64,000 nucleotides of DNA, taken from contig MU054001.1 in NCBI GenBank assembly GCA_013239625.1, forward strand, positions 5,319,078 through 5,383,077, given 5' to 3'. The notes beneath the pieces were generated by a model. It was given only the letters and a program-made list of their open reading frames with translations. It searched no databases and was not told where the DNA came from. This document shows, piece by piece, positions 1 through 12,640 of the stretch. Both the position numbers and the translations under genes were made by a program. This stretch comes from Lama guanicoe. Its lineage: Eukaryota. The stretch's first letter is position 1. Each line of letters begins with the position of its first letter.

Positions 1-95
1 AGACTGCCCACGTTCAGACTACCTTTACGTAAGGAAGGAAATCCTGCCTTATTTAAGAACTATATTTCTGGCCTCTGTTATTCTTAGCAGTTCTC
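1..95 (+). mobile_element. MaLR MLT1-type LTR, 3' end (truncated by window)
   Basis: 'cagactacctttacgtaaggaaggaaat...atttaagaactatatttctggcctctgttattcttagcag' resembles the MLT1 3' terminus. Confidence 0.45.
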
Positions 96-957
96 AGCAG
101 TTACACACAAGTCTCAGAAAGCTCTGCTTAGACATTAGTTCAGTCATTAATGAAACGAAGCCCACCTTCACGTCTGGGATCGTTCCTGGTATGCGTGGCT
201 CCCTCTTGCAGGAACCCCAAGGAGAGGAGGAGTGGGCTGTGTGATAAAAGTGCCTCCAGCTGTTTACCTGTCTCTAAAGAACATAGTTATGGGAGACAAA
301 ACCTTGTTCGCCAGGGGAAATGGAATGAGAAGACAGCCTCAAAGGGGAATCGGATACACACACACAACCTTATATTCTTTCATGGTGCTGGTTGCTGTTT
401 TAATAATATTTTCAGATGCTAATATGGTGTAAGTCTTGTTGGCACATGCAGTAAAAATAGACTTGTCCAGCTCACAGCTACCGACCAATTAATCTAGACA
501 GACGGGAGGTTGAGTAGGTAAGAGGGGACTTGTCAGACCCTATGAAAGCAACACCACGGCAACCAGCAAGTGCCAAGGCACCCGCTTCCTCGTTTGCATA
601 GCCCATCACAGCAGACACAGCTGCAATTAGCAGCCAGTGGCCTTTGTAAAGCTCTGGAGCTCGGAACACAGCTGAGAGGTAGTTTCCGGGAGATCACAAG
701 GCCCTGAAAACGTGCCATCAAAACCACCTCCTGACATCATAATAAATAATAATTTCCAAGATCTTTATAAAATTTCTGTTCTCTGTTCCCAAACATACCT
801 GTCCCTTTCCTCACCCTGTTCTCTGCCTAAAAATAATCTCTGTTCCTCAAAGTCTTCCTTTTCGACACCTAGCTCAAATGCCAACTTCTCTGAAAGCCTT
901 CCTTGACTCTCCCAGTCAGAAAGGTTGTCTCATCTGGGTCCCGTTCACCACACTGAC

Positions 958-1365
958 ATCAAGCATTTTACATCAGTTATTTCTTCTTACCTCACTTGAG
1001 CTTTACAGCAATCTAGTAAATAGATAAATACTTTTTAACTCTTATTTTTAATTGAAGTGTAGTTGATTTATAATGTTAGTTTCATGTGTCCAGCAAAGCA
1101 ATTCAGTTACACATACACATATGTATTTAAGATGATTTTCCATTATATTACAAGAAATTGAATATAGTTCCCTGTGCTATGCAGTAGATCTTTGTTATCT
1201 ATTTTATATATAATAATATATATCTATTAATCCCAAACTCCTAATCTATCCCCAGTTACATCAGAGAAGAAGACTGCAGTACAGCAAGATCAAGACAAAC
1301 TCAAGACCAAACAGCTAGTAAGTAACTAGGTCTTCAGAGTTCAAATTGTAGATCTTCAAGCCCTA
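958..1365 (-). mobile_element. MIR SINE remnant interrupted by an L1 3' end
   Basis: MIR-like 'aagcattttacatcagttatttc' before and 'acagcaagatcaagacaaactcaagaccaaacagctagtaagt' after the L1 piece. Confidence 0.5.
1032..1253 (-). mobile_element. L1 3' UTR fragment (artiodactyl-type)
   Basis: 'aattgaagtgtagttgatttataatgtt...gaatatagttccctgtgctatgcagtag...tcccaaactcctaat' is the reverse complement of the L1 3' end also seen at 26700-26920. Confidence 0.85.
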
Positions 1366-1385
1366 GCTCTTCAGTAGCCATACTT

Positions 1386-1500
1386 TTATTCATTCGTTCA
1401 TTCAAAAAACACTTACTGAGATCATCCCAGATGCCAGGCACTGTCCTGAGGACAATGCCTCCAACGGGAGTGAGCAGACAGAGCAAACTGAAGTCCCCTC
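1386..1500 (-). mobile_element. L2 3' end
   Basis: 'attcattcgttcattcaaaaaacacttactgag...tgccaggcactgtcctgag' is the typical antisense L2 tail. Confidence 0.65.
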
Positions 1501-2579
1501 CTGCACTCCATACACCAGACTTGTGGGCAGAGACTGCATCTGATTTGTTTCCACATCTCCTGCCCCCAGCAGAGAGAAACCCTAGCACATCATAGGTCTC
1601 CGGCAAGTGTGAAGTTGAACTGAAATGAATGAGCTGCTAGGCTGAGCGTCAGAGGAACAGAGACAAAGGAAAGATTGAGTCTTGGAGCCGAAAACAGGTC
1701 AGTGGTTGAGCTGTCCGATCCAGCAGGGACTCTTCCTGGTGTAGCCTGAGGTTAGAAGTAACTCCAAGTGTGGCTGAAGTAAGAGGAGTGCCTTCAGAGG
1801 TGGAAGGAGGGCTCAGACTCTAGGGATGTGGAGTAATTGCTCAGCCCAACCTTTGGGGAGCATCAACTTCATCTCAGAATCCCCAGGCAAGAAAGGTACC
1901 CAGCAGGAGGAAGGGCTTGTAGAGACTGCATATTGGCCTGGTTAATCCTTGACAGGCTGCCTTTGGGAGCTGCAGTTGGAGCTGTGGGAGGTGCTATATC
2001 CAAACAAAAAGGAGGAGTCCAGTCTGGGGGAGACCTTGCATGTCTGCAGTGGTCCCTACAGAGACAGGAAAGCCTGGGTCCAGTGTAGTTGCATAGTGAG
2101 CATCCCCTGTCAGCTTCCAGGACAGAGGAGGGAGGGCAGCTCTTCCTCAGCAGCCCTTCTATACTAGGGAGCAGTGCAGAATTGGGATGCTTTTCCAAAA
2201 TCCCAGGGCTTGTCTCCCAACAAGTTGCCAGATTCTGCAGCCTCCAGCCGGGTCTCCACCACCTTCCCACCAGGCTCTCCATGGTCGAAGACTTGTCCCC
2301 ATTGTCATATGTTTTCTATAAGGACTTGGGGAAGGTGATGGGGAGCAGGGCCCTGCTGCTTTTTAGCTCAGCATCAATTGGTGCTCAGGTCCATGCTAGA
2401 CCCTGAAGAGACCAACACAAACAAGACATGAACCCTGACCTCAAGGAGCTTAAAACCTGGGGGCCGAGAGACCGTTGGGGCCAGAGTTGAGGCTGGAAAG
2501 ACCCAAGGTCACTGTTTGGAAGGGTACCCTGCACAGAACACTGGTTGTGCCCTCACCCTCCCCTCTTTGGTCTGGTTAG

Positions 2580-2952
2580 CCAAACCCTGGCTATCCTTTA
2601 GACCCAGCTCAGGCCACTCCTCCTCCATGAAGCCTTCTCTGACTGCTCCAGCCCATGGAGTGCTGGACTTGGAAGTAATTTCCACCAACACTTTCTTCCT
2701 TACATCAGCCCAAAAGAAAGGTTTTATTATTATTATGCATTATTATTATGTATTTCTAGATGGAGAGCTGGAGATTTTTGGTGTGGTTTCCACAGCTCAC
2801 AAATAAATGGCAGAGTTGGGATTCTGGTCCAGAGCTGCCTGGTAAGTCAAACTCATGTGCTACGCCCCTTAAACTCATATACAGTGATGTGTGTCAATTA
2901 TGTCTCAGTAAAACTGGAAAACTTAAAATTAAAAAAATTAAAATTAAAATAT
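2580..2952. mobile_element. Cluster of short remnants: L2 (+, ~2580-2655), MIR (-, ~2735-2860), L1 extreme 3' end with A-rich tail (+, ~2862-2952)
   Basis: 'acccagctcaggccactcctcctccatgaagccttctctgact'; 'aaatggcagagttgggattc'; 'gtcaattatgtctcagtaaaactggaaaa'. Confidence 0.55.
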
Positions 2953-4059
2953 AGAAAATTTTTAAAATGCTGATTGGCTAACCGGCTGGTTGGTTGATTC
3001 AGAGAAAATTTTTCTGAACATGCTGAAATCAGGTCCATAGCGCAGCCTGCAGGGCCAGTCCTCAAAACTTAGAAATTCCAGCTGAAGGTTCCCACTCCCA
3101 TGCCCAGCTCGCTGCTATTTACCTGCAGACATTTAAAGGTCAGGGTGGTGGTAATGTTCAGCTGTGAACTTTTCACTTCTACGAGGATCACAGGTATTAA
3201 AGAGGCGCATGTGCGTGCACGCACACGCACGTGTGTGGGTGTGTGGAGGATGGCCCAGCTCCTAGTGAGGAAGCTGCTATCACAGTCTCTCCTGGGTTTA
3301 CCCCAGTGTGTTTTCTCCCAGCAGATTTGGCAGGATGACAGTTGATTTGGGAATCTTCTATCAGGAGGGCTGGCTGCTGCTGCTTTCTGTGGAACTCTGA
3401 AAGCTAAATCAGTTCCATTGCCAGGTCTCTGAACTCCCACAGCTCCCAGCTGCCTAAAAGCCATTCAATCTAACAGCGAATTCTGAGCTTGCCTTAAACC
3501 ACTTACTAATCATTTCAGGCAAATCTTAACTCTGCAACTAGACCAAGCTCCCTCTAGGAAGTGGGCAGACACCTTAGTATCCACTCCTGGTGCCCACAGC
3601 CTCCAGCTCTGTCCTGGACACAAGAGAGATGCTCAAAGAACAACTGATGGCTGAAGAGGGAGTGGGATTACCACATCCTCAGAGCAGCTCATGACACACA
3701 GTCCTGGCCGTGGCCCCGTGGTCCTGCCTCTGGACAGTGGCATGGAGTGGGGAAGGGAAGGAGAGGGGCTCAGGAGAGAGGCTGCTCTCCAAAAGCATTA
3801 TCTATTAGTGGTGCATTTTTAACAGATTTAGTGAACTGGGTTGGCATGACCAATTGTTAAGAACATGACAAAAGACATTAGAGGAAGCAGCCTGCACTGC
3901 CCAGTCCAGAGCCCAAGCCGGCAGCAACCACCCTCTGTGCAACAGTTATATCTGCTGGTCCTCCTGGGCCTCTTGTCACATTGGCTTTCTGTTTGTTTAT
4001 GTTTATTATAGTAATTCGTAACGTTTGATTATTTTCCTATGTTTAACAATAATTCTATA

Positions 4060-4480
4060 ATCAATGGTTGACAGGAGTGAGGGAGTGAGGGGAGAGAGGT
4101 GAACTGATGGAGCACAAAGGGTTTTTAAGGTGGTGGAACTATTTTGAATGATATTACGATGGTGGAGGCAGGTCATGATACATTTGTCTAAATCCCACTG
4201 TATGTATAACACAGTGAGTGACCCTTAATATAAACTGAACTCTGGTGACAATGGTGCGCCAGTGTAGGCTAATCAGCCATAACAAACGCACCGCTCTGGC
4301 GGGGGTGTTGAAAGTGGGAGAGGATCTACGGTGTCAGGGTGAGGGGTCTATAGAAACTCTCTGTACTTTCTGCTCAATTTTTCTGTGAATCTAAAACTGC
4401 CCTTTTTTAAAGTTTATTTTTTTAAAAAAAGTTAAAATGGAAAATTTTAGTTATATATATTTTACCACGATTAAAAAATA
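4060..4480 (+). mobile_element. L1MC-type 3' UTR
   Basis: 'ggtcatgatacatttgtctaaatccc...gaaactctctgtactttctgctcaatttttctgtgaatctaaaactg' is the characteristic L1MC 3' end. Confidence 0.8.
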
Positions 4481-4809
4481 ATCCTATGGATGCAAGGCTT
4501 TTAATTCCTGAGAATCCCTCTCAACCTCCAATCCTCTCCTCCCAGAGTGAATCATTCTTTGATGCTGTGATGTTTTCAGAATAACCACAACACCCGTGGT
4601 TACTGAACTAAATAAAGGCAAAGGGGCAGATTTTTCTCACAAGCAAGGCCAAAGTGACCCTACAGTTGAGTCTCTGAATGGTCATCATTTTCAGTTTGGG
4701 GTGGGCTTAGGTTGAACCATCCCCATCCTCACTCAGTCCTTTCTGTGTTTCCGTGGTGGCCGATGGGGTTGAAATTTGCTTCAACATCTGTAGAGATCAT
4801 GTTACCTGT

Positions 4810-5026
4810 GTGTATCAAATGATGCATACTCCTTAACATAGAAACCCCAATTTTAGAAATTGAACCTAAAGAAATAATTGAATATATATTCTAAGATGTA
4901 TGTGCAAGTAGGTGCCTAATATTTTTTTTTAGTAATGAAAAACCAGAAACAGCCTAAATATCCAAGAGTGGAAAATGTATTAAATAAATGAATCAATAAA
5001 TCCATATAATTAAACACTAAGGAGAC
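4810..5026 (+). mobile_element. Ancient L1ME-type fragment, left half of a host split by the 5027-9679 insertion
   Basis: 'aaaaccagaaacagcctaaatatccaagagtggaaaatgtattaaataaatg' matches the L1 ORF2-end/3' UTR motif; continues at 9680. Confidence 0.6.
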
Positions 5027-5362
5027 TCTTTTTTTTCCCTAAGCAACTTAGTTGAGGTTTTCTTACATGCAATAAAACATTCCCATTGGTTCTATGAGTG
5101 CTGGCAAAAGTGTATATATGTACTTTTACATATACATACTTATTATATACATACTTTTTAATATATACATATATATGTATATATGCCCATGTGGTTATAT
5201 ATACCCATGTGACCGCCATCCCAGTCAAGATGCAAAACATTGCCATCACCTCAAAAATGTCCATAATCTTGGCAGTCAACCTCCTCCCAACCTCTCAATT
5301 CTAGTCAATTTATATAATCTGTTCTCTGTCACTGTGGATTAGTGTTGTCTGTTTTAGAATTT

Positions 5363-6020
5363 CTTTTTTGATGTATGATTGACATACCAACATATGTACA
5401 TATTTAATACATACAACTTGATGAGTTTGAAGATAATTATGCATCTGTGAAACCATCACCACAATCTATGGCAGAAAATTATCCTTCACCTCCAGAAGTT
5501 TCCTCTCACCTTCTTTATTTATTACTTTTATTTGTAATAAGAACACATAATATGAGAGCTACCCTCGTAATTGTATTTAAGTGTACAATACAGCATTGTT
5601 AACCGTAGGCTCTATGCTGTACTGTAGATCTCTAAGATCTAGGACTTACTCATTTTCCATAACTGAAACTTTGTACCCTTTAGTTAATACCTCCCCATGT
5701 TCTGCCCCTGCCCCACCCTGGCCCCTGGCAACCACCATTCTACTCTCCCCTCCTGTGAGTTTGACTATGTTAGATTCCCCATATAAATGGTATCATGTAC
5801 TGCTTGTCCTTCTGTGTCTGGCTTATTTCCCTTGGCACAATGTCCTCCAGATTCATTCAGGTTGTTGCAAATGGCAAGAGTTCCTTCTTTTTTCAGGCTG
5901 AATAATATTCCATTGTGTGCATGTACCACATTTTCTTTAGCCATTCATCAGTCAATAGATATTTAAGTTACTTCCATGTCTTGGCTCCTGTGAATAATAC
6001 TGCAATGAATATGGGAGTGC
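5363..6020 (-). mobile_element. L1MA/MB-type 3' end nested in the older L1
   Basis: Typical L1 3' UTR ('ccctggcaaccaccattctactctc', 'ggctgaataatattccattgtg'); flanked by agaattt at 5356-5362 and 6021-6027. Confidence 0.85.
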
Positions 6021-7797
6021 AGAATTTTATCTAAATTGAATCATACACCATATACTAACTATTTAAGAAACTGCTAAATTATTTAAGAAACTGCTAACCA
6101 TTTGGCATCCCCACTACAACGCATGAGACTGCCAGGTGCCCCATAACTTTGCCAGCCCTTGGTATAGTCATTCTTTTTCATTTTGGCCACTCTAATGGGT
6201 ATGTAGTTGTATCTCATTGTGGTTTTAATTTGCATTTTCCTGATGATATAAAGTGTATTTTCAAGTGCCTATTGGTCATTCAAATATCTTCTTTTGTAAA
6301 GTCACTTTTCAAATCTTTTGTCTGTTTTAAAATTGGAATATCTGTTTTCTTTATATTAAATTGTGAGCGTGCTTTATAGATTCCACATACAAGTCCCTTG
6401 TCAGATGGATGTATTGTGAATTATTTCCCAGTTTATGACTTGCCTTTCCTTTAAGAGTGACTTTTTCAAAAGAGTGCCTTTTTGGTTTTTATGAAGTCCA
6501 ACTTATCCGATTTTTATGGTTTGTGCTTTTTATATCCTGTCAAATACAGTATTGTCTAACAAAGTGGCAAAGATTTTTCTCCTATATCTTCTTCTAGAAA
6601 TATCATACTTTCACTTCTGTGTTGAAGTTTATGATAATTTCTAGTTTTGTGTTTTATGTTTTATGTGTAATGATTGAGGTTTATTTTTTCAACACTCTAT
6701 CCAATTTTTCTGTGTCATTTATCATATATAATTTATCACATAAGGCCTACATTTTTGTTGAAAAGACTAGCATTTCCTTGCTAAATTACTTTGACACTTT
6801 TGTCAAGAATCACTTGGCCTTGTATGTACAAGTTTATTTCTGGAATCTCCCTTCTGTTCCACTGATCTGTATGTCTATTTTTTCTGTGATGCCATGCTGC
6901 CTTGATAAGTGTAGCTTTATAGTAAGTCTTGAAATCAGGTAGTGTTTGTCCTCCAATGTTTTTCTTATTTTTCAAAATTATTTTGGCTAAGTCTTTGCAT
7001 TATCATATATATTTTAGAATCAGCTTGTCAAATTAAAGAAAGCCTGCTAAGATTTTGATTGGTAGTGCAATGAACCTATACATTGCTTTGGGAAGAATTT
7101 ACATCTTAACAATAACAAGCCTCTGATCCATAAATGTAGTTATCCCTATTTATTCAGGTATTTTTAGCTTCTCTCAGAAATATTTTCAATGTATAGATTG
7201 TGCACATATTTTATGAAACCTATACCCAAGTATTTCCTTTTTTTTATATTATTGTAAGTAATATTTAATTTTATTTCAATTTTCCATTGTTCATTGCTAG
7301 TATATAGAAATACAATCTTTTTTTTTTTTTTGACTTTGTATCCTGTACCATTACTAAGAGTCACTGATTTTTTTCCAATAATTTTTTTCTTAGGATTTTC
7401 TTGGGATTTCTTGTGACTTTCTATGTAAATGATTATGTCATCTGTAAATAAAGAAGTTTTACTCCTTCTTTTACAATCTGCATGCCTTCTTTTTTTTTCA
7501 TTGCTTTATTTTATTGACTTGTTGAACAGGAGTATTGATATGACATTCTTGCCAAGAGTTCAGTCTTTCACTATTATGAATGACGTTATTCTAGGTTTAT
7601 GAGGTTGGGGATGCTCCCCTCTATTCCTGATTTGCTGGAAAAACTGTAGTAAATGAGTGCTGACTAGATACGTTTTTTGCATCTGTTGAGATAATCATAT
7701 GGTTTCCTCTTTTATTCTGTTCATATGGTAAATTGCATTGATTGATTTTTCACATATTAAATCAATTATGTGTACCTGGAATAAATCCCACTTGGCC

Positions 7798-8263
7798 TGT
7801 GCCAGCCATGAAAGTGTTCTTAGATAGTCCTTTAAGAAAGGAGTTGTGATTCAGATATGAGGAATACATTCAGCTGATAGCATTTAGCTGCAGTGCATTT
7901 GGGATCAGCCACGGCATTTGAACCAAGGCCATACTCTTCTCAGATAGCTCCTGCCAATGACAGAACATAGTATGGGTCCTGGGACCCTGCTAATTCTGCC
8001 AAATACAGGAGTTCTCTTTGCTACAGTGCTCCCAGTGGGAAGTCAAGGCTTTGTTAGGGCTGTAACCACAGTCTGAGATGTTCCTTGCCAATCCTACTTC
8101 CTCTCTCTTTCCTGTCACAAGTATCAGAGCTGCATCATAGTTTGAGAGCTTTCCCTGAACAATTTTGTACTCTCACTCTTATCTTTCACAGGTGTGAACC
8201 CAAAATAAATTTTCTTGCATTCTTAACTCTCAGTATATGCTTCTTGGGGGACTCAAGCTGACA
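7798..8263 (+). mobile_element. ERVL solo LTR, LTR16-like, nested in L1
   Basis: TG...CA termini (tgtgccagccatg ... aagctgaca), CCAAT, AATAAA near the 3' end; L1 sequence resumes on both sides. Confidence 0.75.
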
Positions 8264-8467
8264 TAATGTATTGTGCGTTTTACATATTGCTGGATTCAAT
8301 TTGTTCATATTTTCTTGAGGATGCTTTCATGTATGTGCATGAGGGATGTTGTTCTACAGTTTTATCTTGTAATGTTATCTTGTAATGGTCTGATTTTAGT
8401 GCCAAGGTAATACTAGCCTCATTAACAGAATTGGGAAGTGTTCTTGGTTCTTCTATATTGAAAGACT

Positions 8468-9679
8468 TGAAGAGGACCATTTCACAAAGATAAAAGGGTC
8501 AGTTCATCAAGAATACAAAACCATCCTAAATGTGAATGCACCTAATAACAAAACTTTGAAATACATGAGAAAAAATTGACAGAAACTAAATGAGGAAAAA
8601 ACAAATTCACAATTATTGTTGGAAATTTTAGCATACTTTTCTCAGTAATTAGTAGAATAAGTAGACAGAAAATCTGCAAAGATACACAACACTTGAAGAA
8701 CACTCTTAACCAGCTCAACTGGCTGACATTTATAGAATGCAACAGCCAATATCAACAGAATGCATATCACATTCTTTTAAACATTTACCAAGATAGACCA
8801 TATGCTGGGCCATAAAAAACAAACAAAAAAAGCTTCAGTGAATTTAAATGTATTGAAATCTTGTTATGTTTGTAGTCTGACCACATGAAGTCAAATTTTA
8901 AAACGTTAACAAATAAATAATTGGAAAATGTATAAATATTTGGAAACTAAACAATACACTCCTAAAGAGCCTATGAGTCAAATAAAAACATCACAAGAGA
9001 AAACAGAAAATAAATTTAAACTAAATTATGATGAAAACACAACCTAAATTTGTGTGATGCAGTTAAAGCAGTGCTGAAGGAATACATTTAAGTGTTTATA
9101 CCTATAAGTATTTATATTAGAAAAGAGAAAAGTTTAAAATCAATGAAACCAACAGCCAGTTATTTTAAAAGATAAATAAAATTGAGAAATCTCTAGCCAT
9201 ATTGATAGAAAGAAAGGGTAAAAGAGAGAAAGAAAGAGAGGGAGAGAAACAGTACCAATATCAGGAGTGACAGAAGAGACATCACTATAGATCCTGTAGA
9301 AATTTGAAAAATAATACGAGGATATTATGGACAACTTTATGCCAATAAGTTGAAAAGCATAAATGAAATGGGAAAATTCCGTGAAAGGCAAAAGTTATCA
9401 AATAGAAAATCGGAGCAGCCTTATATCTATGAAAGAAATTGGATGTTTAACTTATTGTTTTCCCCTAGAGAAGTCTCCAGGACCAGAAAGCTTTACCTGT
9501 CAATGTTACCAAACTTTTAAGGGAGAAATTATACCAATCCTACAAAAACTCTTTCAGAAGAAAGAAGAGGAGATAACCATTTCCCAATTCATTTTGTGAG
9601 GCTGGTTTAACTCTACAACCAAAATTTAACAAAGGTATTACAGGAAGAGAAAACTGTAGAACAATATTCCTAATAAACT
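8468..9679 (+). mobile_element. L1 ORF2 fragment (endonuclease domain to start of RT), opposite orientation to the adjoining L1
   Basis: 'gataaaagggtcagttcatcaagaa...ctaaatgtgaatgcacctaat' (IKGSxHQE..LNVxAPN, APE-like EN); ORF 9363-9599 'KSPGPESFTCQCYQTFKGEIIPILQKLFQK'; multiple stops and frameshifts. Confidence 0.9.
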
Positions 9680-10060
9680 TAGGGAGACGTTTAAAAGGAT
9701 AGTGTAATGTTATGCTTATTTATATGGCAGATATGCAGATTTCAGAACATAACTGAGTCCATTTTATATGTAAGTGTATATAAGGACACACACACATACA
9801 TATACAGGCACACACACATATGTGTGCATATGTGGAGAGAGAAGGGGAGGAAGGGAAGGAAGGGAAGTTAAGAGACAAGAAGTCAGAAAAGAAAAGGAAG
9901 GTTATACATCAAAATGGTTGTCAGTGGAAAATCTAGAGTGATTTTTTGTTTTGCTTTTTGCTTATCTACTTTTTTTCTTAGTTTATTTCTGAAACATTGT
10001 GTACTGTATATGCCCTTTTAATGAAAGGGACAAATAAAATACAAATTATTTAAAAAGACA
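9680..10060 (+). mobile_element. Ancient L1ME-type 3' UTR, right half of split host, with (CA/TA)n and purine-rich tracts
   Basis: 'ggaaggttatacatcaaaatggttgtcagtgg...tttttgcttatctac' L1ME-like tail. Confidence 0.5.
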
Positions 10061-10489
10061 AGCCAAGCATCAGCCCAGACAGAGGCACCACCAGTCCCAG
10101 TCCTGCCCTAGTGCTGAAGTTGCCATCATCAGATGTCATCTCAGCCGGCACTTCCCCTCTGAGGAAGGAGGCAGCCCACTGCACCCAGGATGGTTTCCCC
10201 TGGGGTGGCCCAACAATTGTTGACTGACTTGTAGGTATTTATGAACCCTCTCCATGCCTTCCCATCCCTCAATGATTTGCAGATAAAAGAATAGTCCAAA
10301 TAAGCTGCCTCTCTACTGTCTGCACCTCCAACGCATCTACACCTTTCCAGAAGCAGGGAAAGAATATCTCCGTCGGAATAGCACTTCCTAAGAAAGGCCT
10401 TTCCCAACTCCACAAGCCCAGTGAGCTTCCTCTGTGTCGTGGACACTGTCTTTGTCTGCAGAATAATTTCTTCTCATCCTTCACCTCCA

Positions 10490-10860
10490 TACCTCTGGGA
10501 GAACTGTCTTTTCCCCATTCTCTGTGGTTCAGGTGGGACTTTCAATCTCAGATCTATCTATCCCCCAGCACAGAATTAGACAATTGACTGCTAAGCGACC
10601 AAAGTCCTCCCTCAGGAGTTTAACAAAGCACACTGAGAGCTAAGTTCTCTGTTTCTCCTTGGATCACAAGCTGTATGAACATATCCACAGGACAGCTGGC
10701 CACCAGGACCCTTGGTATCTGGGAAAAGCCCAAGAGGAAGGCTAACAGAGGAAAAGGTAGTGAGATAAAGACCCAGTCACCTGAGCCAATTCACCTTTCT
10801 GCTTGGACCACTTTGAGATGAGTTTCTACTGCTTGCAAATGAAAGTATCCTAACTAATAA
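10490..10860 (+). mobile_element. MaLR LTR (MLT1K/L-like)
   Basis: 3' end 'ccactttgagatgagtttctactgcttgcaaatgaaagtatcctaactaata'. Confidence 0.6.
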
Positions 10861-10879
10861 GACCCTCATAGCATCTTTT

Positions 10880-11080
10880 CCATTATAGCACTTCATCAGT
10901 CAGTATTATGTATCCATTTGGTTCCTTCTTTGATGCCTTTTTCCACCAATCTCTGAGCTCCATTCGAGTTAGGTCCACATCTGTTGAATTCACTACTCTT
11001 TCCCCAGCACCGGACACAATGCTTCCCTGAAACATAATAAGATACCAATAAATACAGACAAAGTGAATGAACAAATGCAT
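10880..11080 (+). mobile_element. L2 3' end
   Basis: 'tgagctccattcgagttaggtccacatctgttgaattcactactctttccccagcaccggacaca...caataaata...gtgaatgaac'. Confidence 0.7.
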
Positions 11081-12267
11081 CTATGAACCCAGTGGCTGAG
11101 CCGTGTCAAATTCTCCTGTGACTCCCTATAAACTTAGACTCAGCTCCTAATGGGGATTTTGAAAGAGAAGTCTCCTGTTCCTCACTTGGCCTTGCCAGGC
11201 AAGGTAAATTTTGAGCTTGAGAAAAAGCCCTGACCCCAAACCAAGTCATCTCTCACGCTTCCCCACCCCACTATCCAGGGATAAGCAGGAACTGTGCTTG
11301 GTCCCTTGGTAAGAGGGTGATTGAGCTGGGGACCTTAACCTGGGGAGCAGCCTTAGGGGAGAAACTCACAGTCAGACCACTGGAGGAAACTCCCGATTCT
11401 ACCGGATGTCAAGGCAAGCACATAATATTGAGTCTTAATTTTAGTTCTTACACCCTGTCCTTCTGTCACCTCCTCCAGCAAGCACAGCCTCCTTCAAGCT
11501 GCCTGGATATCTGTCTGCTTCAAAGTGGGGACACAAATAATTGCAGGTGTGGGTTAAGGACTAAACTCAGGACAATAGTCTCTAAGGAGGAAACTACAGT
11601 GTGCGTGGCTTCCCCTGAACTCTTAGCTTTATCACAGAGAGAAAGCAGGGGAAGGAGCCCTTAGGAGTTTCCACTCTCCTGGAAAATCTAAGAGTGCCCC
11701 TGAGTGTGAGGCCAGCTGGCATCTCCACTGCACCATCCAGGAAGCCTCTTGTTGACCATGGCAGCTCTGAGCTATAAACCAGGCTGCACAGGGCTAGCAG
11801 CCAGCCACAGGTGACAGCCAGAGGTTTCACATTGCCCCTGACCACAAAGAACTAGCAAACAAGCAAACAAAAACAAATCCAGACCTGTAGTCAAAAATGC
11901 CAGCCTAAGAATGAACAGTATGCACTGAACACCAGCTGAGAGGCCACCTGTGCATCAAATAAATAAACAAAAGTCCTAGTAAGTTTGATGCTTACATCTG
12001 CTTCCATTTGCGACACCTTTTGTCTCTTTCTCCTTTCTCTCCCCCCAGCAGGTTCACTGGCACTACCTCACCCCCTCCATGCCCCGCAAATACATATCTC
12101 TTGCTTTTGGGGAAAAGATACATTTCCATGCAGTTGATCTTTTCATATGCATTAAGGTCCCTCTGAACACAGAGAGTTTTTATTCATTCGTTTATTTGAC
12201 CATCTACTATGACCTGGGTCTGTACTAGGAGCCTTTGGAAGTCCAGGAGGAGGAAGGAAAGAGGTAG

Positions 12268-12640
12268 ACTGCATACAGTAGAATGCTATGTTGCAATTTT
12301 AAAAATCCTATTCTATTTTAACATGCTTATATGAAAAGATCTTCAAGATAGATTGATAATTTTAAAATTGTGACAAGCATAATAGTGTAGATTTTACTGT
12401 ATCATTTGGGTTACAGAGGGAGGGAGGAAGATGGAAGATGAAGAAGGAATAGGAAGGGCCAAAGACAAATACACTCATCTCTGCATCTCTAGAAGAACGC
12501 ACGACAAGTGGATACAAGGGCTGCCTCTATGTGTAGGGTACGATGGGGCGCCAGGGCTCCAGACAGAGGAGGCTTTTGATCATACACCCTTTCATACTGA
12601 TTTGATTGGTTAGCCATCTTTATGTGTTACCTACCTCTCT
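12268..12640 (+). mobile_element. Ancient L1ME-type 3' fragment
   Basis: 'catacagtagaatgctatgttgcaattttaaaaa...atgaaaagatcttcaagata'. Confidence 0.5.

Larger units (their letters stand above)
5027..8470 (-). mobile_element. Old L1M element, 3' UTR plus decayed ORF2 RT/C-terminal region (contains two nested insertions)
   Basis: Poly-T start at 5029; minus-frame remnants '[30 protein letters not shown]' (6781-6975) and 'TLPNSVNEASITL' (8280-8480) are L1 ORF2p motifs. Confidence 0.9.

Noticed and set aside
400..434. Possible microexon (ttttcag at 409-415, gtaagt at 429-434)
   Set aside because: 13 nt, not frame-preserving, weak polypyrimidine tract and no host gene evidence; would need RNA-seq.
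6060..6097. Short tandem duplication tatttaagaaactgctaa x2 (similarly gaagtagctaact x2 at 63869-63895)
   Set aside because: Two-copy slippage or repair duplications with no array structure.
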